Shown here piece by piece: positions 8,762-18,653 of a DNA stretch of 64,000 nt. The stretch comes from Polyangiaceae bacterium (lineage in GTDB: Bacteria > Myxococcota_A > Polyangia > Polyangiales > Polyangiaceae). The DNA lies in NCBI GenBank assembly GCA_044376115.1, contig JBILLK010000003.1, positions 352,001 through 416,000 on the forward strand. The letters are read 5' to 3'. Below the pieces are notes generated by a model. The model did not search any database and had not been told where the DNA came from. It was given only the letters and a program-made list of their open reading frames with translations. Both the position numbers and the translations under genes were made by a program. How positions within the stretch are numbered: the stretch's first letter is position 1; every line of letters starts with the position of its first letter.

Positions 8762-9433
8762 TCACCCGTCCAGATAGTCTTCCGGTTCGAGCGACAAAGC
8801 CGGCTCTCCGTTGAGCGATTGTTTGGTGGTGATGGCGTCCACCACGAGGTCGAGCACCTCGAGTCGGGTGCTGGGCCGCACAAAGTCCTCGTCGGTCACC
8901 TCCGGTAGATCGGCCAGTCGCCCCACACAGAGATCGCGGTCCTCGCGGTCGAGCACCAAGCCCGAAAGACTCTCTTGCGGCTTTTCGGGATCGAGCAGCA
9001 GCGAATCGAGCACCCAGGCGACCGGCTTGACCGTGAGGAACAAACGCATGAATTGGAGGCGGTGCTCGGTCGGATCGGCCGGGGTCAGCACCCAAAAGCA
9101 GGGAAACCGACGGCGAATGACCTCCCCGAGGTAGGCGCCAGCGGTTTGCGCAACCACCTCGAGCGGCTCTCCTACTTCCTTCGCTGCGAGCACGGCTCGA
9201 GCGCCGGCCAGATAGTGGTCGAGGATCGGTAGCGTCTCCACCGTGTAGTCGAGCTGGACGCCCACGGCCTTGGTGACGAAGCGAACGCAGGCCGAGGCGA
9301 GGTCGCTCACCTCCGTTGGGGCCGCCTCCATGAGCAGTTGGTGTTCGCGTCGGGCTATCTCCTCGCTCACCAATTGGGGGGTCTCTGCGACCACCTGATC
9401 CTCGTCGCCGTCGTGCTCGTCGTCGCTTGCCAT
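8762..9433 (-). CDS. Hypothetical protein (LDYxxExLxxLD...GAYLGEV motif, DUF3806-like)
   Basis: 223 aa ORF with good codon bias; LDYTVETLPILDHYL and AGAYLGEVIRR motifs. Confidence 0.7.
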   Translation of the reverse strand: MASDDEHDGDEDQVVAETPQLVSEEIARREHQLLMEAAPTEVSDLASACVRFVTKAVGVQLDYTVETLPILDHYLAGARAVLAAKEVGEPLEVVAQTAGAYLGEVIRRRFPCFWVLTPADPTEHRLQFMRLFLTVKPVAWVLDSLLLDPEKPQESLSGLVLDREDRDLCVGRLADLPEVTDEDFVRPSTRLEVLDLVVDAITTKQSLNGEPALSLEPEDYLDG

Positions 9434-9541
9434 GCCGTTCTATCGCTCGGGACTCAGCCGCATTGAAGGGCGTTTTTGTGAATCTTCGAGTTGACGTCTC
9501 ACGACCTTCCGTATGGTTAGCGGTTCTGGTAAGCTGCCCGC

Positions 9542-10279
9542 GTGCGCCTAGGGATCTTCAGCGATACTCACGCCAACTACGAGGCGTTGAGCGCAGTATT
9601 GGAGGCGTATAAATCCGAACGGATCGACGTCTACTACTGCCTCGGAGACACGGTCGGGTACGGTGGTTCTCCAAACGAGTGTGCGGACTTGGTTCGCAAC
9701 TTGGCAAAGAAGACCATCCTCGGAAATCATGACGCCGCGGTCGCGGGGAGGATGGACTACTCGTATTACTACGAGGCAGCTCGCCAAGCCCTCGACACCC
9801 ATGCGTCGATGCTCTCTGCGGAGAACATGAGCTGGCTGCGAGGCCTACCGTACAAAGAGCGGCTGGAGGACATCAACGTGGACCTCTGTCACGGCTCACC
9901 GGTGCGCCTCGAGGAGTTCGAGTACATCTTCGCCCCGGAGCAAGCGCGTGAGTGCCTGCCTATCTACGAGGAGCTCGGGCATCTCACCCTGATTGGTCAT
10001 TCGCACCTCTGCAAGGTGTTCGCCCTCACGCCCAACTCGGTGGAGGAGCTCGCCAGCACCGACTTCAAACTGGAGAAGAACCGCAAGTACATCGTCAGCG
10101 TCGGTTCGGTCGGGCAGCCGCGGGACTACGACAACCGCGCGAGCTTCACCATCTACGACAGCGACGAGCAGAAGTTCTACTTCAAGCGGATCGAGTACGA
10201 CATCGAGTCGGCCGCGGAGAAGGTGCTCAAAGCCAAGCTCGAGCGCAACTTCGCCCATCGCCTCTACATTGGTGTCTGA
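9542..10279 (+). CDS. Calcineurin-like metallophosphoesterase
   Basis: SDTHAN, LGDTVGYG, GNHD, HGSP, GHSH, GSVGQPRD. Confidence 0.92.
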   Translation: MRLGIFSDTHANYEALSAVLEAYKSERIDVYYCLGDTVGYGGSPNECADLVRNLAKKTILGNHDAAVAGRMDYSYYYEAARQALDTHASMLSAENMSWLRGLPYKERLEDINVDLCHGSPVRLEEFEYIFAPEQARECLPIYEELGHLTLIGHSHLCKVFALTPNSVEELASTDFKLEKNRKYIVSVGSVGQPRDYDNRASFTIYDSDEQKFYFKRIEYDIESAAEKVLKAKLERNFAHRLYIGV

Positions 10280-10406
10280 GGGCCTCTACATCGGCGGCTG
10301 CGGCGTCGACTGAAGCGTTCTGCGCAGGAGCCATCTGCGCAGTCGCCGTCAGATCGTCCAACGTCTTCTTGCTTTGGTGGTCGCGCACAGTTAAGACTCA
10401 CGGTCT

Positions 10407-10652
10407 ATGGCACGCGTCACCGTTGAAGATTGTCTTGAGCGAGAAGAAAACCGTTTTGCGCTCGTGGTGCTCGCGTCCACGCGCACCCGCGCTCTGATGA
10501 AGGGTGTTGAACCGCTGATCCGCTCGAAGAACAAGGCGGCCGTCACGGCGCTGCGCGAGATCGCCGCCGGCAAGATCACCTTTAACCGCCCGAGCCATGA
10601 CGCTGTGCTCGAGTACATCAAGCAGCAGAAGTTGATCTACGGAGGCACCTGA
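10407..10652 (+). CDS. rpoZ: RNA polymerase omega subunit
   Basis: [10 protein letters not shown]...NRFALVVLA...ALREIAAG. Confidence 0.95.
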   Translation: MARVTVEDCLEREENRFALVVLASTRTRALMKGVEPLIRSKNKAAVTALREIAAGKITFNRPSHDAVLEYIKQQKLIYGGT

Positions 10653-10702
10653 AGCCTCACGCACTTTCCGGGTAGCCGGAGCGTGCGACTAAAGTTGAAG
10701 CA

Positions 10703-10750
10703 AAAGCCGCTCGGCGCCGTGTGCGCTGGCGGCTTTCGCGTTTTTGTTTG
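10703..10750 (+). terminator. Intrinsic terminator after rpoZ (possibly bidirectional)
   Basis: AAAGCCGC-T-CGGCGC / GCGCTG-GCGGCTTT stem followed by TTTTTGTTTG. Confidence 0.6.
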
Positions 10751-10767
10751 GAGGCGTGAGCGCGGGA

Positions 10768-11616
10768 CTAGCGGCTCTTTTTGGGCTTGGCGACGAACAC
10801 GAGCGAGCGCGACGACTCCGATGGCGCTCCGATGAAGTCGCCCACCAGCTCGCTGACGCGAAAGCCGTTGTAGTGGAGCAAGGCCTCGAGCTCCTGCGGG
10901 TAGAACTGGCGGTGGGTGAGCGGCGTGACGAAGCTCTCGGCGTTGGGCGGCTCGAACTCCATCGAAACGTGCAGCACCTGCTTGAGAGCGTCGTAGTCGA
11001 AGCGCTCACCGTATTTGACGCGCCCCATGCCGGGGTAGAGGAAGGGCCGCGTGCGGTACAGCTTCTCCGGCTTGCGTGCGAGCTCGAGCGGCTCCGGGAT
11101 CGACACGTCGAAAAGGAGCTCACCGTTGGGCGCCAAACAACGCGTAACCGAGTCCAAGAACGCCTCAACGTCGGCTCGCGTGTAGAGGTGCAAGAAGGCG
11201 TTGAACGGGCAGATCACCTGCTCGAAGCGCTGCCGCTCACGCACCTTGCGCATATCGCCCACGCGCAGCTTCACACGCTTGCGTACGTCCGCCGGCTCCT
11301 CGGCCAAGCGCGACTCGAGATCGGTGATCATCGCGCGGCTTAGATCCACGCCAACGATCGGCGTCCCGGCGCGCGCGATGGGCAACGTGATGCGGCCGTT
11401 GCCACAACCGAGCTCGAGCACCGAGCTCACCTGTTTGGCGCGGTCCACGTAGAACACCACGTCCTCGAGACGCGATTTGTAGGTGCGGCAGTAGTAGTCC
11501 GGATCTTCGTAATGAGCGGCCGAGCCGGCCTCGAGATCCGGACTCTGGGTGTGGGCGCTCGCGCTGCTGATCGCAGGGTGGAGCGCCTTTCCGCCGGCGG
11601 GGCGCTTGGCCTTCAT
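10768..11616 (-). CDS. Class I SAM-dependent methyltransferase
   Basis: VLELGCGNGRI, GVDLS, GDMR motifs; start overlaps the pyrH stop. Confidence 0.9.
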   Translation of the reverse strand: MKAKRPAGGKALHPAISSASAHTQSPDLEAGSAAHYEDPDYYCRTYKSRLEDVVFYVDRAKQVSSVLELGCGNGRITLPIARAGTPIVGVDLSRAMITDLESRLAEEPADVRKRVKLRVGDMRKVRERQRFEQVICPFNAFLHLYTRADVEAFLDSVTRCLAPNGELLFDVSIPEPLELARKPEKLYRTRPFLYPGMGRVKYGERFDYDALKQVLHVSMEFEPPNAESFVTPLTHRQFYPQELEALLHYNGFRVSELVGDFIGAPSESSRSLVFVAKPKKSR

Positions 11617-12371
11617 CACGGCTCGCTGACGACAGTTCCGATGTTTGCGCCCTGGCAAACGCGCAAAATGTTCCCGCGGTCACTAAGCTTGAACACGCGA
11701 ATGGGCAAACGGTTCTCGCGACACAGCGTCACCGCCGTCGAGTCCATCACGCCGATGCGGTCCACCAAGAAGCGGTCGTAGGTCAAGGTCTGCAACATCT
11801 TGGCGTCCTCGTGTTTGCGCGGATCGCGGTCGTAGATGCCGTCCACCTTGGTGGCCTTGAACAGCGCTTGCGCCTGGATCTCCATCGCCCGCAGCGCAGC
11901 GGCCGTGTCCGTCGAGAAATACGGGTTGCCGGTGCCTGCACCGAAGATCACCACCGAGCCTTTGTCGAGATGACGAATCGCGCGTCGCCGAATGTAGGGC
12001 TCAGCGACCTGCCGAATCTCGATCGCGGTCATCACTCGGGTGGGCACGTTCTGCTTCTCGAGCGCGTCCTGCAGCGCCAGGCTGTTGATCACTGTCGCCA
12101 GCATGCCCATGTAGTCGCTCTGCGAACGATCCATCCCGGCGCTCGCTCCTTTGAGGCCGCGGAAGATGTTGCCACCGCCCACGACGATGCCGATCTGCAC
12201 GCCCAGGCGGTGCACCTCGGCGAGCTCAGCGGCGACGTGGAGCAGTGTTTCAGGCCGAATTCCAAAGCCTCCCTCTTCGCCGCAAAGGGCTTCCCCGCTC
12301 AACTTGAGCAGGATGCGGCGGTAGGTCAGACTTTGATGCGGCGGCGGCGGGGCGATGGTGACGAGGGGCAC
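11616..12371 (-). CDS. pyrH: UMP kinase
   Basis: [44 protein letters not shown]; start codon approximate. Confidence 0.96.
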   Translation of the reverse strand: MPLVTIAPPPPHQSLTYRRILLKLSGEALCGEEGGFGIRPETLLHVAAELAEVHRLGVQIGIVVGGGNIFRGLKGASAGMDRSQSDYMGMLATVINSLALQDALEKQNVPTRVMTAIEIRQVAEPYIRRRAIRHLDKGSVVIFGAGTGNPYFSTDTAAALRAMEIQAQALFKATKVDGIYDRDPRKHEDAKMLQTLTYDRFLVDRIGVMDSTAVTLCRENRLPIRVFKLSDRGNILRVCQGANIGTVVSEP

Positions 12372-12481
12372 GTTGGTTCGGATAGAGCAGTGGCGAGTTG
12401 CCGGCAACCCGCTTGCTCCCTCAAGCGTCCAGCCGTAAGAACAAGTTCCGTTGGCCACGCACGCCATCGGGATCGAGCGCC

Positions 12482-13453
12482 ATGCTGAAAACCTTCCTAA
12501 CGCAGCGTTTTGCAATCGTGATGGTCGCTGCCCTTGGCGTCACCGGCTGCGGTGATTCGAAGGACAAAGGAGCGAGTTCGGCGGCGCCGCCGGGCGGTTT
12601 GACGCAAGAGCAGGCGGCTCGGGTGTTGGCCAAGGTCGGAGACCGCTCGATTACGCTCGGTGATTTCGCGCTGGCGATCGAGCGGATGGATCCGTTCGAC
12701 CGGCTTCGCTACCAAACGGTGGAGAAGCGCAAAGAGCTGCTGAACGAGATGGTGGATTTGGAGCTGCTCGCGGCTGAGGCCGAACGCCGCGGTCTCGGTA
12801 AAGACGCCGCGACACAGGAGGCCATTCGGCAGCTGCTGCGGGACGCTTTGCTCGAGGAGGTGCACAAGAGCCTGCCGGCGCCCGCCGAGATTCCGATCGC
12901 CGAGGTGCAACGTTACTACGACGAGCACATCGCCGAGTTCCGCGAGCCCGAACGGCGTCGCGTTTCGGCGATCGTCTTCGACGACGAAGCCAAGGCCAAG
13001 GCCGTGCTCGAAGCGTTGGGGACGAACGCGACAACGGACGCTTGGGGGCGCGCCTTCTTCGAGAACTCGATCACGGCGAAGAACGAAAAGAAAGGCAACC
13101 TCCCGCTCGATTTGGCCGGAGATCTCGGAGTGGTGGGCCCGCCGGGTCAAGCCAAAGGGGAGAACTCCAAAGTGCCCGCAGCCGCCCGCGAGGCCGTGTT
13201 CAAGCTGAGCAAGGTCGGCGACGTGTATGGGGAGGTCCTCAGCGACGGAAAGCTGTTCTACGTCGTGCGCATGAGCGGTCAGACCAAGGCGCATGATCGT
13301 TCGATCGCCGAGGCGGATCGCAACATTCGCGTCGCCCTCCTCAAGCAGAAGATGATCGAGCAGGAACAGGAGCTCGAGAAGGAATTGCGCGCCAAGTACA
13401 AGGTCGAGGTCGACGAGGCCACGCTCTCGAAGATCGCCAATCCCAGTCCCTGA
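12482..13453 (+). CDS. PpiC/SurA-like peptidyl-prolyl isomerase lipoprotein
   Basis: Lipobox [39 protein letters not shown]. Confidence 0.8.
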   Translation: MLKTFLTQRFAIVMVAALGVTGCGDSKDKGASSAAPPGGLTQEQAARVLAKVGDRSITLGDFALAIERMDPFDRLRYQTVEKRKELLNEMVDLELLAAEAERRGLGKDAATQEAIRQLLRDALLEEVHKSLPAPAEIPIAEVQRYYDEHIAEFREPERRRVSAIVFDDEAKAKAVLEALGTNATTDAWGRAFFENSITAKNEKKGNLPLDLAGDLGVVGPPGQAKGENSKVPAAAREAVFKLSKVGDVYGEVLSDGKLFYVVRMSGQTKAHDRSIAEADRNIRVALLKQKMIEQEQELEKELRAKYKVEVDEATLSKIANPSP

Positions 13454-13459
13454 GGTTCT

Positions 13460-14578
13460 GTGGCGCGTCATCTCGCTATCGTCGTGCCCAGCGCACCCCA
13501 AGCGCGCAAGCCGAGGCCGCGTTGGCAGTCGGAGCTCAGCGCTTCGATCACCAGCGTGGAGGAGCTGAGTCGGGTCTTCCGGCTCTCGGAAGAGGAGCGC
13601 CGCGGTGCAGAACGGGCCGCGCAGGCAGGCTTGCCCATGCGCATCACCCGCTACTACGCGCGCCTGGCCGATCCGGAGGATCCTACCTGTCCGATCCGCA
13701 AGCAGTGCGTGCCCTCCTCGCGTGAGGAAGTGGTCGACCCGTCGGATCTCGAGGACCCGTTGGGCGAGGTCGCCAATGAGGTCGCGCCCAACCTGGTGCA
13801 ACGCTACCCGGATCGAGCGCTGCTGCTGGTGACCGATCAATGCGCGCTCTACTGCCGCTTTTGTACGCGCTCGCGCATGGTTGGTGATGGCAAAGGCCCG
13901 GTGCCGGATCGCTCGCTCGAAGCGGCGTTCGACTATTTGAAGAACCACCGTGAGGTGCGCGACGTGATCGTCAGCGGCGGAGATCCCTTATCGATGGCCA
14001 CCGCTCGCTTGGTGCGCATCTTCGAACGGCTGCGTGCCATCCCGAGCATCGAGACCATTCGCCTCGCCACACGCGTGCCGGTGACGATGCCCTCGCGCAT
14101 CACCAAAGAGCTGGTTACCGCGCTCAAACCCTTTCATCCGATCTGGGTGATGACGCACTTCAACCACCCCAAGGAGCTCACCGCCGAGGCGCGCCGCGGC
14201 TTGCTTCGGTTGGTAGATGCGGGCTTTCCAGTGATGAACCAAACCGTGCTGATGCGCGGTATCAATGACTCGGCCGAGGTGCTGGCGGAGCTATTTCGCG
14301 GCTTGGTACGCACGCGCGTACGGCCGTATTACTTGCTACAGATGGATCCGGTGGTGGGCACCAGTCATCTGCGTACGCCGCTGCACGTAGGCGTGGCGAT
14401 CATGAAAGAGCTGCAAGGTCGGGTCACCGGCATCGCTCTACCCAAGTACATCGTGGATACGCCTGGCGGCTTCGGCAAAGTGCCGCATGGCCCCAACTAC
14501 GTCGTCGCCGAAGGCCCGGGCTGGACGTCCTTCCGCACGCATCGCAGTGACGCGGTCACCTACGTCGACCCGACCTAA
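13460..14578 (+). CDS. KamA-family radical SAM protein (lysine 2,3-aminomutase-like)
   Basis: RYPDRALL, CALYCRFC, SGGDPL, HFNHPKE, NQTVL, PGGFGKVP. Confidence 0.92.
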   Translation: MARHLAIVVPSAPQARKPRPRWQSELSASITSVEELSRVFRLSEEERRGAERAAQAGLPMRITRYYARLADPEDPTCPIRKQCVPSSREEVVDPSDLEDPLGEVANEVAPNLVQRYPDRALLLVTDQCALYCRFCTRSRMVGDGKGPVPDRSLEAAFDYLKNHREVRDVIVSGGDPLSMATARLVRIFERLRAIPSIETIRLATRVPVTMPSRITKELVTALKPFHPIWVMTHFNHPKELTAEARRGLLRLVDAGFPVMNQTVLMRGINDSAEVLAELFRGLVRTRVRPYYLLQMDPVVGTSHLRTPLHVGVAIMKELQGRVTGIALPKYIVDTPGGFGKVPHGPNYVVAEGPGWTSFRTHRSDAVTYVDPT

Positions 14579-16353
14579 TGGGCGCGCTTACGGCCCCGCG
14601 GCTTTGGCTGTCGCGAATCACCAGTTCGACGTTGATCGCGGTGGCTCTCAGCTTTGCCGCGTTCGATATCGTGTTTGCCTTCGACGCGGTGGTCTCTCCG
14701 TTGTGCAGCGTCGGCGAGCTCTTGTTGCTCGTGTTGTGGGCACGCCTCGGCATTCGGCCCAGCGCCAAGAGCGAGCAAAGTCGCAAGGCGCGCGCGCTCG
14801 CCTTGGGCATCGCCGGCCTGACGCTGCTCTGCTTCGTGCAGAAGGGCTACCACCTCGGCCGCTTCCTCGCGGGCGTAAGCGCGCTGCAAGATGCGCAGTT
14901 CTACGAGAACTTCACCGTGCTCACGCTGTTCTTCGCCATGGTGCTCGGGGTTGTGCGCGGTCAGAAGTTGCGCCGCTTCCTCGAGGCCGTGGAGCGTAAT
15001 CCGGCGCGGCTTTCGGCGGTCACCTTCGGCCTCTTCATCTTCTTCGGCGGAGTGTTGCTCAGCCATCCGCTCTCGCTGCGCGGCAGCGACGGATCGAAGT
15101 TGCTCGATGGTGTTTTCACCGCGACCAGCGCCGTGTGCTTGACCGGCCTATGCCCCTTCAACGTGCCCGCCACCTACTCCGGCTTCGGTCAGTTGGTGAT
15201 GCTGCTGCTGATCCAAGCCGGTGGCCTGGGCTATGTGATCTTGGGCAGCGCGCTCGCGCTCGTGGCCGGGAAACGCCTGGATTCACGCAGTGCACTCGCT
15301 CTCGCTGAGACGGTGGATTCACGCTCGCTCGGTCAACTCAAAGACTCGGTGCGCTTCGTGATCGCGGCGACCTTCGTGCTCGAGCTTTGCGGCGCTTTGG
15401 CTTTGTACCTAGCAACGCTTTCGAGCGATGAGGTCGCGCTCGGGCCGGAGAGCACGCACCCAGCCGCCGGCGCTGGTTCGCGCGCGTGGTGGGCGCTCTT
15501 TCACAGTATCAGCGCCTTCTGCAATTGCGGTTTTTCGCTTTCGAACAGCAATTTGATGGCCTTCAGCGAGTCGGCCGCGGTCAGCGGGATCGTCGCTGCG
15601 CTGATCGCCGTCGGCGGCATCGGCTTTCCCGTCCTGGCCGAACTTTGGCGGCGTGTCGTCGCCGCTCGTCAACACGAGCGACCTACTCGGCTAAGCCTGC
15701 ATCTGCGCGTCGTGTTGGCCAGCACAGGCCTTTTGATCTTGCTGCCAGCCGCGCTCTTGCTTGCGCTCGAGTGGTCGGTCTCGTTCGCTGAGCTGAGCGT
15801 GAAGGGCAAGCTCCTCGCGGCCGTCTTTCACAGCGTCTCGATGCGAACCGGTGGCTTCAATACGGTTGATGTTGGGAAATTTGGGGCTGCGGCCATGTGG
15901 CTCACCAGCCTGGTGATGTTGATCGGTGCTGGCCCGGTTTCCACAGCAGGCGGCGTTCGCGTCACCTCGGCTGCGGCCGCTTGGGCCTTCTTGCGCGCGG
16001 AGGTTCGAGGCCGCCGCGCTTCGCTCTTCGATCGCGTTTTGCCGGACGCCACCGTGCGCCGCGCCTTGGCCGTGATCCTCGTATCGACGCTGTTTGTCCT
16101 TGCGATGACCGCGCTGCTCTTGAGCGAAGAGCGCTACGCCCCGCTGGCCGCCTTGTTCGAGGTTTGCAGCGCCTTTGCCACCTGCGGGCTCTCGAGCGGC
16201 GTCACGGCCCAGCTCTCCTCGTTCGGCAAGGTGGTGTTGATCGTCACCATGTTGATCGGTCGCGTTGGGCCGCTCACTTTCGTCTTGGCGCTGTTCGTTG
16301 CGCGCGGACCTCGGCGGGCAGAGCTAGCCGAAGAGCGCGTGCTCTTGGGCTGA
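14578..16353 (+). CDS. ktrB: TrkH/KtrB-family potassium uptake membrane subunit with N-terminal membrane extension
   Basis: Four pore-loop motifs SAVCLTGL, SAFCNCGF, RTGGFN, SAFATCGLS; MLIGRVGPLT. Confidence 0.88.
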   Translation: MGALTAPRLWLSRITSSTLIAVALSFAAFDIVFAFDAVVSPLCSVGELLLLVLWARLGIRPSAKSEQSRKARALALGIAGLTLLCFVQKGYHLGRFLAGVSALQDAQFYENFTVLTLFFAMVLGVVRGQKLRRFLEAVERNPARLSAVTFGLFIFFGGVLLSHPLSLRGSDGSKLLDGVFTATSAVCLTGLCPFNVPATYSGFGQLVMLLLIQAGGLGYVILGSALALVAGKRLDSRSALALAETVDSRSLGQLKDSVRFVIAATFVLELCGALALYLATLSSDEVALGPESTHPAAGAGSRAWWALFHSISAFCNCGFSLSNSNLMAFSESAAVSGIVAALIAVGGIGFPVLAELWRRVVAARQHERPTRLSLHLRVVLASTGLLILLPAALLLALEWSVSFAELSVKGKLLAAVFHSVSMRTGGFNTVDVGKFGAAAMWLTSLVMLIGAGPVSTAGGVRVTSAAAAWAFLRAEVRGRRASLFDRVLPDATVRRALAVILVSTLFVLAMTALLLSEERYAPLAALFEVCSAFATCGLSSGVTAQLSSFGKVVLIVTMLIGRVGPLTFVLALFVARGPRRAELAEERVLLG

Positions 16354-16354
16354 G

Positions 16355-16379
16355 CCCTAGTGCAGCGCCTGCACTAGGG
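16355..16379. repeat. Perfect 11-bp inverted repeat between ktrB and ktrA
   Basis: CCCTAGTGCAG-CGC-CTGCACTAGGG. Confidence 0.85.
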
Positions 16380-16414
16380 TGGACGCCCTGCGCGAATGAT
16401 CGCAGCATCGGGGC

Positions 16415-17074
16415 ATGGCTCGCAGAGTGCTGGTCGTCGGTCTTGGTCGCTTTGGCCGCGCGTTGGCCGATACTTTGTGGAAAGCGCATGTGGAGGTGAT
16501 CGCCCTCGATAGCGATCCCGAGCTTATCGCCGAAGTGAAAGAAACCACGTCGGCGGCCTTCGTTGGAGACGTCACCGATGCGAACGTGCTCGATGAGGTG
16601 GGCGCGCGCGAAGTAGATGCGGCCGTGGTCACCTTCGGCGAGCGCTTCGAGGCCTCGGTGTTGTGCGTCTCGGCGCTGCGAGAACTCGGCGTGAAAGAGA
16701 TCGTTGCGCGCGCGGTTTCCGTGCAGAAGGCCCGCATCCTCGAGCGCGTGGGCGCGACGCGGGTGGTGCAACCCGACGCTGAAGCGGGCGAGCGGCTCGC
16801 GCTCGATCTCACCTCGCGCGTCGCCACCGATCTGCTGCAGTTCGCTGCTGAGTTCCGTGTGGTGCCGTGGCTCGTGCCGAGCTCGTGGTCGGCCCGTTCG
16901 CTCGAGGCATTGCGCAAAGAACTCGGTGAACGCGTTCACTTCCTCGGCTTCCGCCGAGCGGGCAGCAAAGCGATCGAGCTGCCGCGCGCCGATACCACCG
17001 TCTCGGGCGGAGACATGCTGCTGGTCGCCGGTACCGACGATGACGTGGCTGCGCTGGTTACTCAGGCCAGCTGA
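16415..17074 (+). CDS. ktrA: TrkA/KtrA-family RCK regulatory subunit
   Basis: VVGLGRFG Rossmann motif; ILERVGATRVV. Confidence 0.9.
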   Translation: MARRVLVVGLGRFGRALADTLWKAHVEVIALDSDPELIAEVKETTSAAFVGDVTDANVLDEVGAREVDAAVVTFGERFEASVLCVSALRELGVKEIVARAVSVQKARILERVGATRVVQPDAEAGERLALDLTSRVATDLLQFAAEFRVVPWLVPSSWSARSLEALRKELGERVHFLGFRRAGSKAIELPRADTTVSGGDMLLVAGTDDDVAALVTQAS

Positions 17075-17082
17075 AGCCGCGT

Positions 17083-17997
17083 TTACGCACCTGCGACGAA
17101 GCGCACGGCCTGCTCGATCACTTTGGGGTCGCGCAGGATGCGCCGATGTCCAAGCCCTTGCGTGCGAATGAGCGTTGCGCCGGGCCAGCTCTCGGCGATC
17201 GCCTCACCGCAAGCGAACGGCACTTCGCGATCATCTTGATCGTGTACGAGCAAGAGCGGGGTGCGCATGTTAGGTGCGACCTTCGCCACGTGTAGCGCCT
17301 CGGGCGCAACGCCAAACCTACGTGCCAGCCTCCGTTCGACGTTGGTGCGCACGCTGTCACTCAGCGACAACGCTTGCGTAAGTTGCCGGGTAAAGTCCTG
17401 CACCGCGATCGGAGGGCACAACATGACCAGCCGCTTGGCGAGCGGACCGTTGCGCAAGGCCCACGCGGTCGCTGCACCGCCCATCGAGTGGGTGATGATC
17501 GCCTCAAAGGGCCCGTAGGCTTGCACCACCGCTTCGATCGCCTGCGCAAAGTGCACCAGCGATGAAACCTCGCCAGCGGAGTTGCCGTGGCCAGGCGCAT
17601 CGAAGGTCACCACGCGAAATCCCCGCGCGAGCAGCGGCTCGACGAAGGGCGCGAGCTGCGCGCCGCGGCCCTCCCAGCCGTGCACCAAGAGTACGCGCGG
17701 ACCTTCGTGTCCCCATTCCCAAGCCGCCAGTGGCTCCGCCAAGAGCGAGTTCGGCTTCGCCGGCACCAGCAGATGACGCGCGCTTTGCAACGCCTCGAGC
17801 TCGACCGCCGGGCGTGGATACCGCTTGGGCGTAACGAAGAAGCGCTCGGCCACCGCTGCGGCGCCGCTCGCCGAGACGGCGGAGAGGACATTGAGCCCGA
17901 CCTTTAGCGCGCGCTGCGCGAACGGTTGAGGGCGAGCTTTAGTGCGAACGGTCGTGCTTTTGTTCGAGGGTGATTCGGGGATGAGCGCCATGTCCAT
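17083..17997 (-). CDS. Alpha/beta hydrolase
   Basis: LLVHGWEG, FDAPGHG, THSMGG, HDQDDREVP, GLGHRRIL. Confidence 0.92.
   Translation of the reverse strand: MDMALIPESPSNKSTTVRTKARPQPFAQRALKVGLNVLSAVSASGAAAVAERFFVTPKRYPRPAVELEALQSARHLLVPAKPNSLLAEPLAAWEWGHEGPRVLLVHGWEGRGAQLAPFVEPLLARGFRVVTFDAPGHGNSAGEVSSLVHFAQAIEAVVQAYGPFEAIITHSMGGAATAWALRNGPLAKRLVMLCPPIAVQDFTRQLTQALSLSDSVRTNVERRLARRFGVAPEALHVAKVAPNMRTPLLLVHDQDDREVPFACGEAIAESWPGATLIRTQGLGHRRILRDPKVIEQAVRFVAGA
17942..17961. promoter_or_regulatory. Second putative TetR operator, inside the 5' coding region of the hydrolase
   Basis: GTGCGAACGGTCGTGCTTTT matches the palindrome at 18654-18673 at 12/20 positions, including the ACGGTCG core. Confidence 0.5.
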
Positions 17998-18030
17998 GTT
18001 TCAACTCCTGGGGCAGAGGGAAGCGCGCGG

Positions 18031-18642
18031 TCAGGCGCGAACGCTGTCGAAGATGCGGTCAACGGCGATCGCCAGCCGCTTCTCGGTGGCTGGGTCTTTG
18101 AGCAGCCGTGCGATCAGATGCGTGCCGTAGGCGAGGGTGAGCAGTTCATGCGCGAGCTGCTTCGGGTCCACGCTCTTTTGGAAATGGCCCTCATCCACGC
18201 CGATGCGGATGGCGGTGGCCAAGGTATCCAGCCAATCTTTCTGCGAGGCGGCCAAGCGATCACGTACGGGACCGGGCTTGTCATCCAGCTCGGCGATGGA
18301 TGCGACAAACACGCAGCCACCCGGCATAAAGTCGGCTTTGGCCCAGGTTAGCCAGCGCTTGAGCAGCGCGCGCACGCGGGGTTCACCGCGCCGCTCCTTT
18401 AGGGCCGGCACCACCACGTGCGCGACGAAGCGTGAAACCGCCTCATCCAAGATCGAGATCTGGAGCGCCTCTTTGCTCGCGAAGTGCGCAAAGAGGCCGC
18501 TCTTGCTCATGCTCGCCCGCTCAGCCAACGTGCCGATGGTTACGCCCTCGAGCCCAACCTCGCTGGCCAGCGCGAGCGCGTGAGACAGCACGACGCCGCG
18601 CGTACTCTCACCCTTGGGACTGGTTTTGACGGCCGCGTTCAT
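18031..18642 (-). CDS. TetR/AcrR-family transcriptional regulator
   Basis: HTH GLEGVTIGTLAERASMSKSGLFAHFASKE; GGCVF C-terminal motif. Confidence 0.95.
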   Translation of the reverse strand: MNAAVKTSPKGESTRGVVLSHALALASEVGLEGVTIGTLAERASMSKSGLFAHFASKEALQISILDEAVSRFVAHVVVPALKERRGEPRVRALLKRWLTWAKADFMPGGCVFVASIAELDDKPGPVRDRLAASQKDWLDTLATAIRIGVDEGHFQKSVDPKQLAHELLTLAYGTHLIARLLKDPATEKRLAIAVDRIFDSVRA

Positions 18643-18653
18643 GGCTCACTGAG

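Noticed and set aside
9468..9483. GGGCGTTTTTGTGAAT resembles the arm of the RAYT-associated hairpin
   Set aside because: Single imperfect copy without a partner arm, in a divergent promoter region where AT-rich tracts are expected. It cannot be distinguished from chance.
12497..13948. Long antisense ORFs (e.g. 12497-13948, 32397-34001, 7478-8593, 24996-26069)
   Set aside because: Shadow frames expected opposite codon-biased genes in high-GC DNA; no recognisable motifs.
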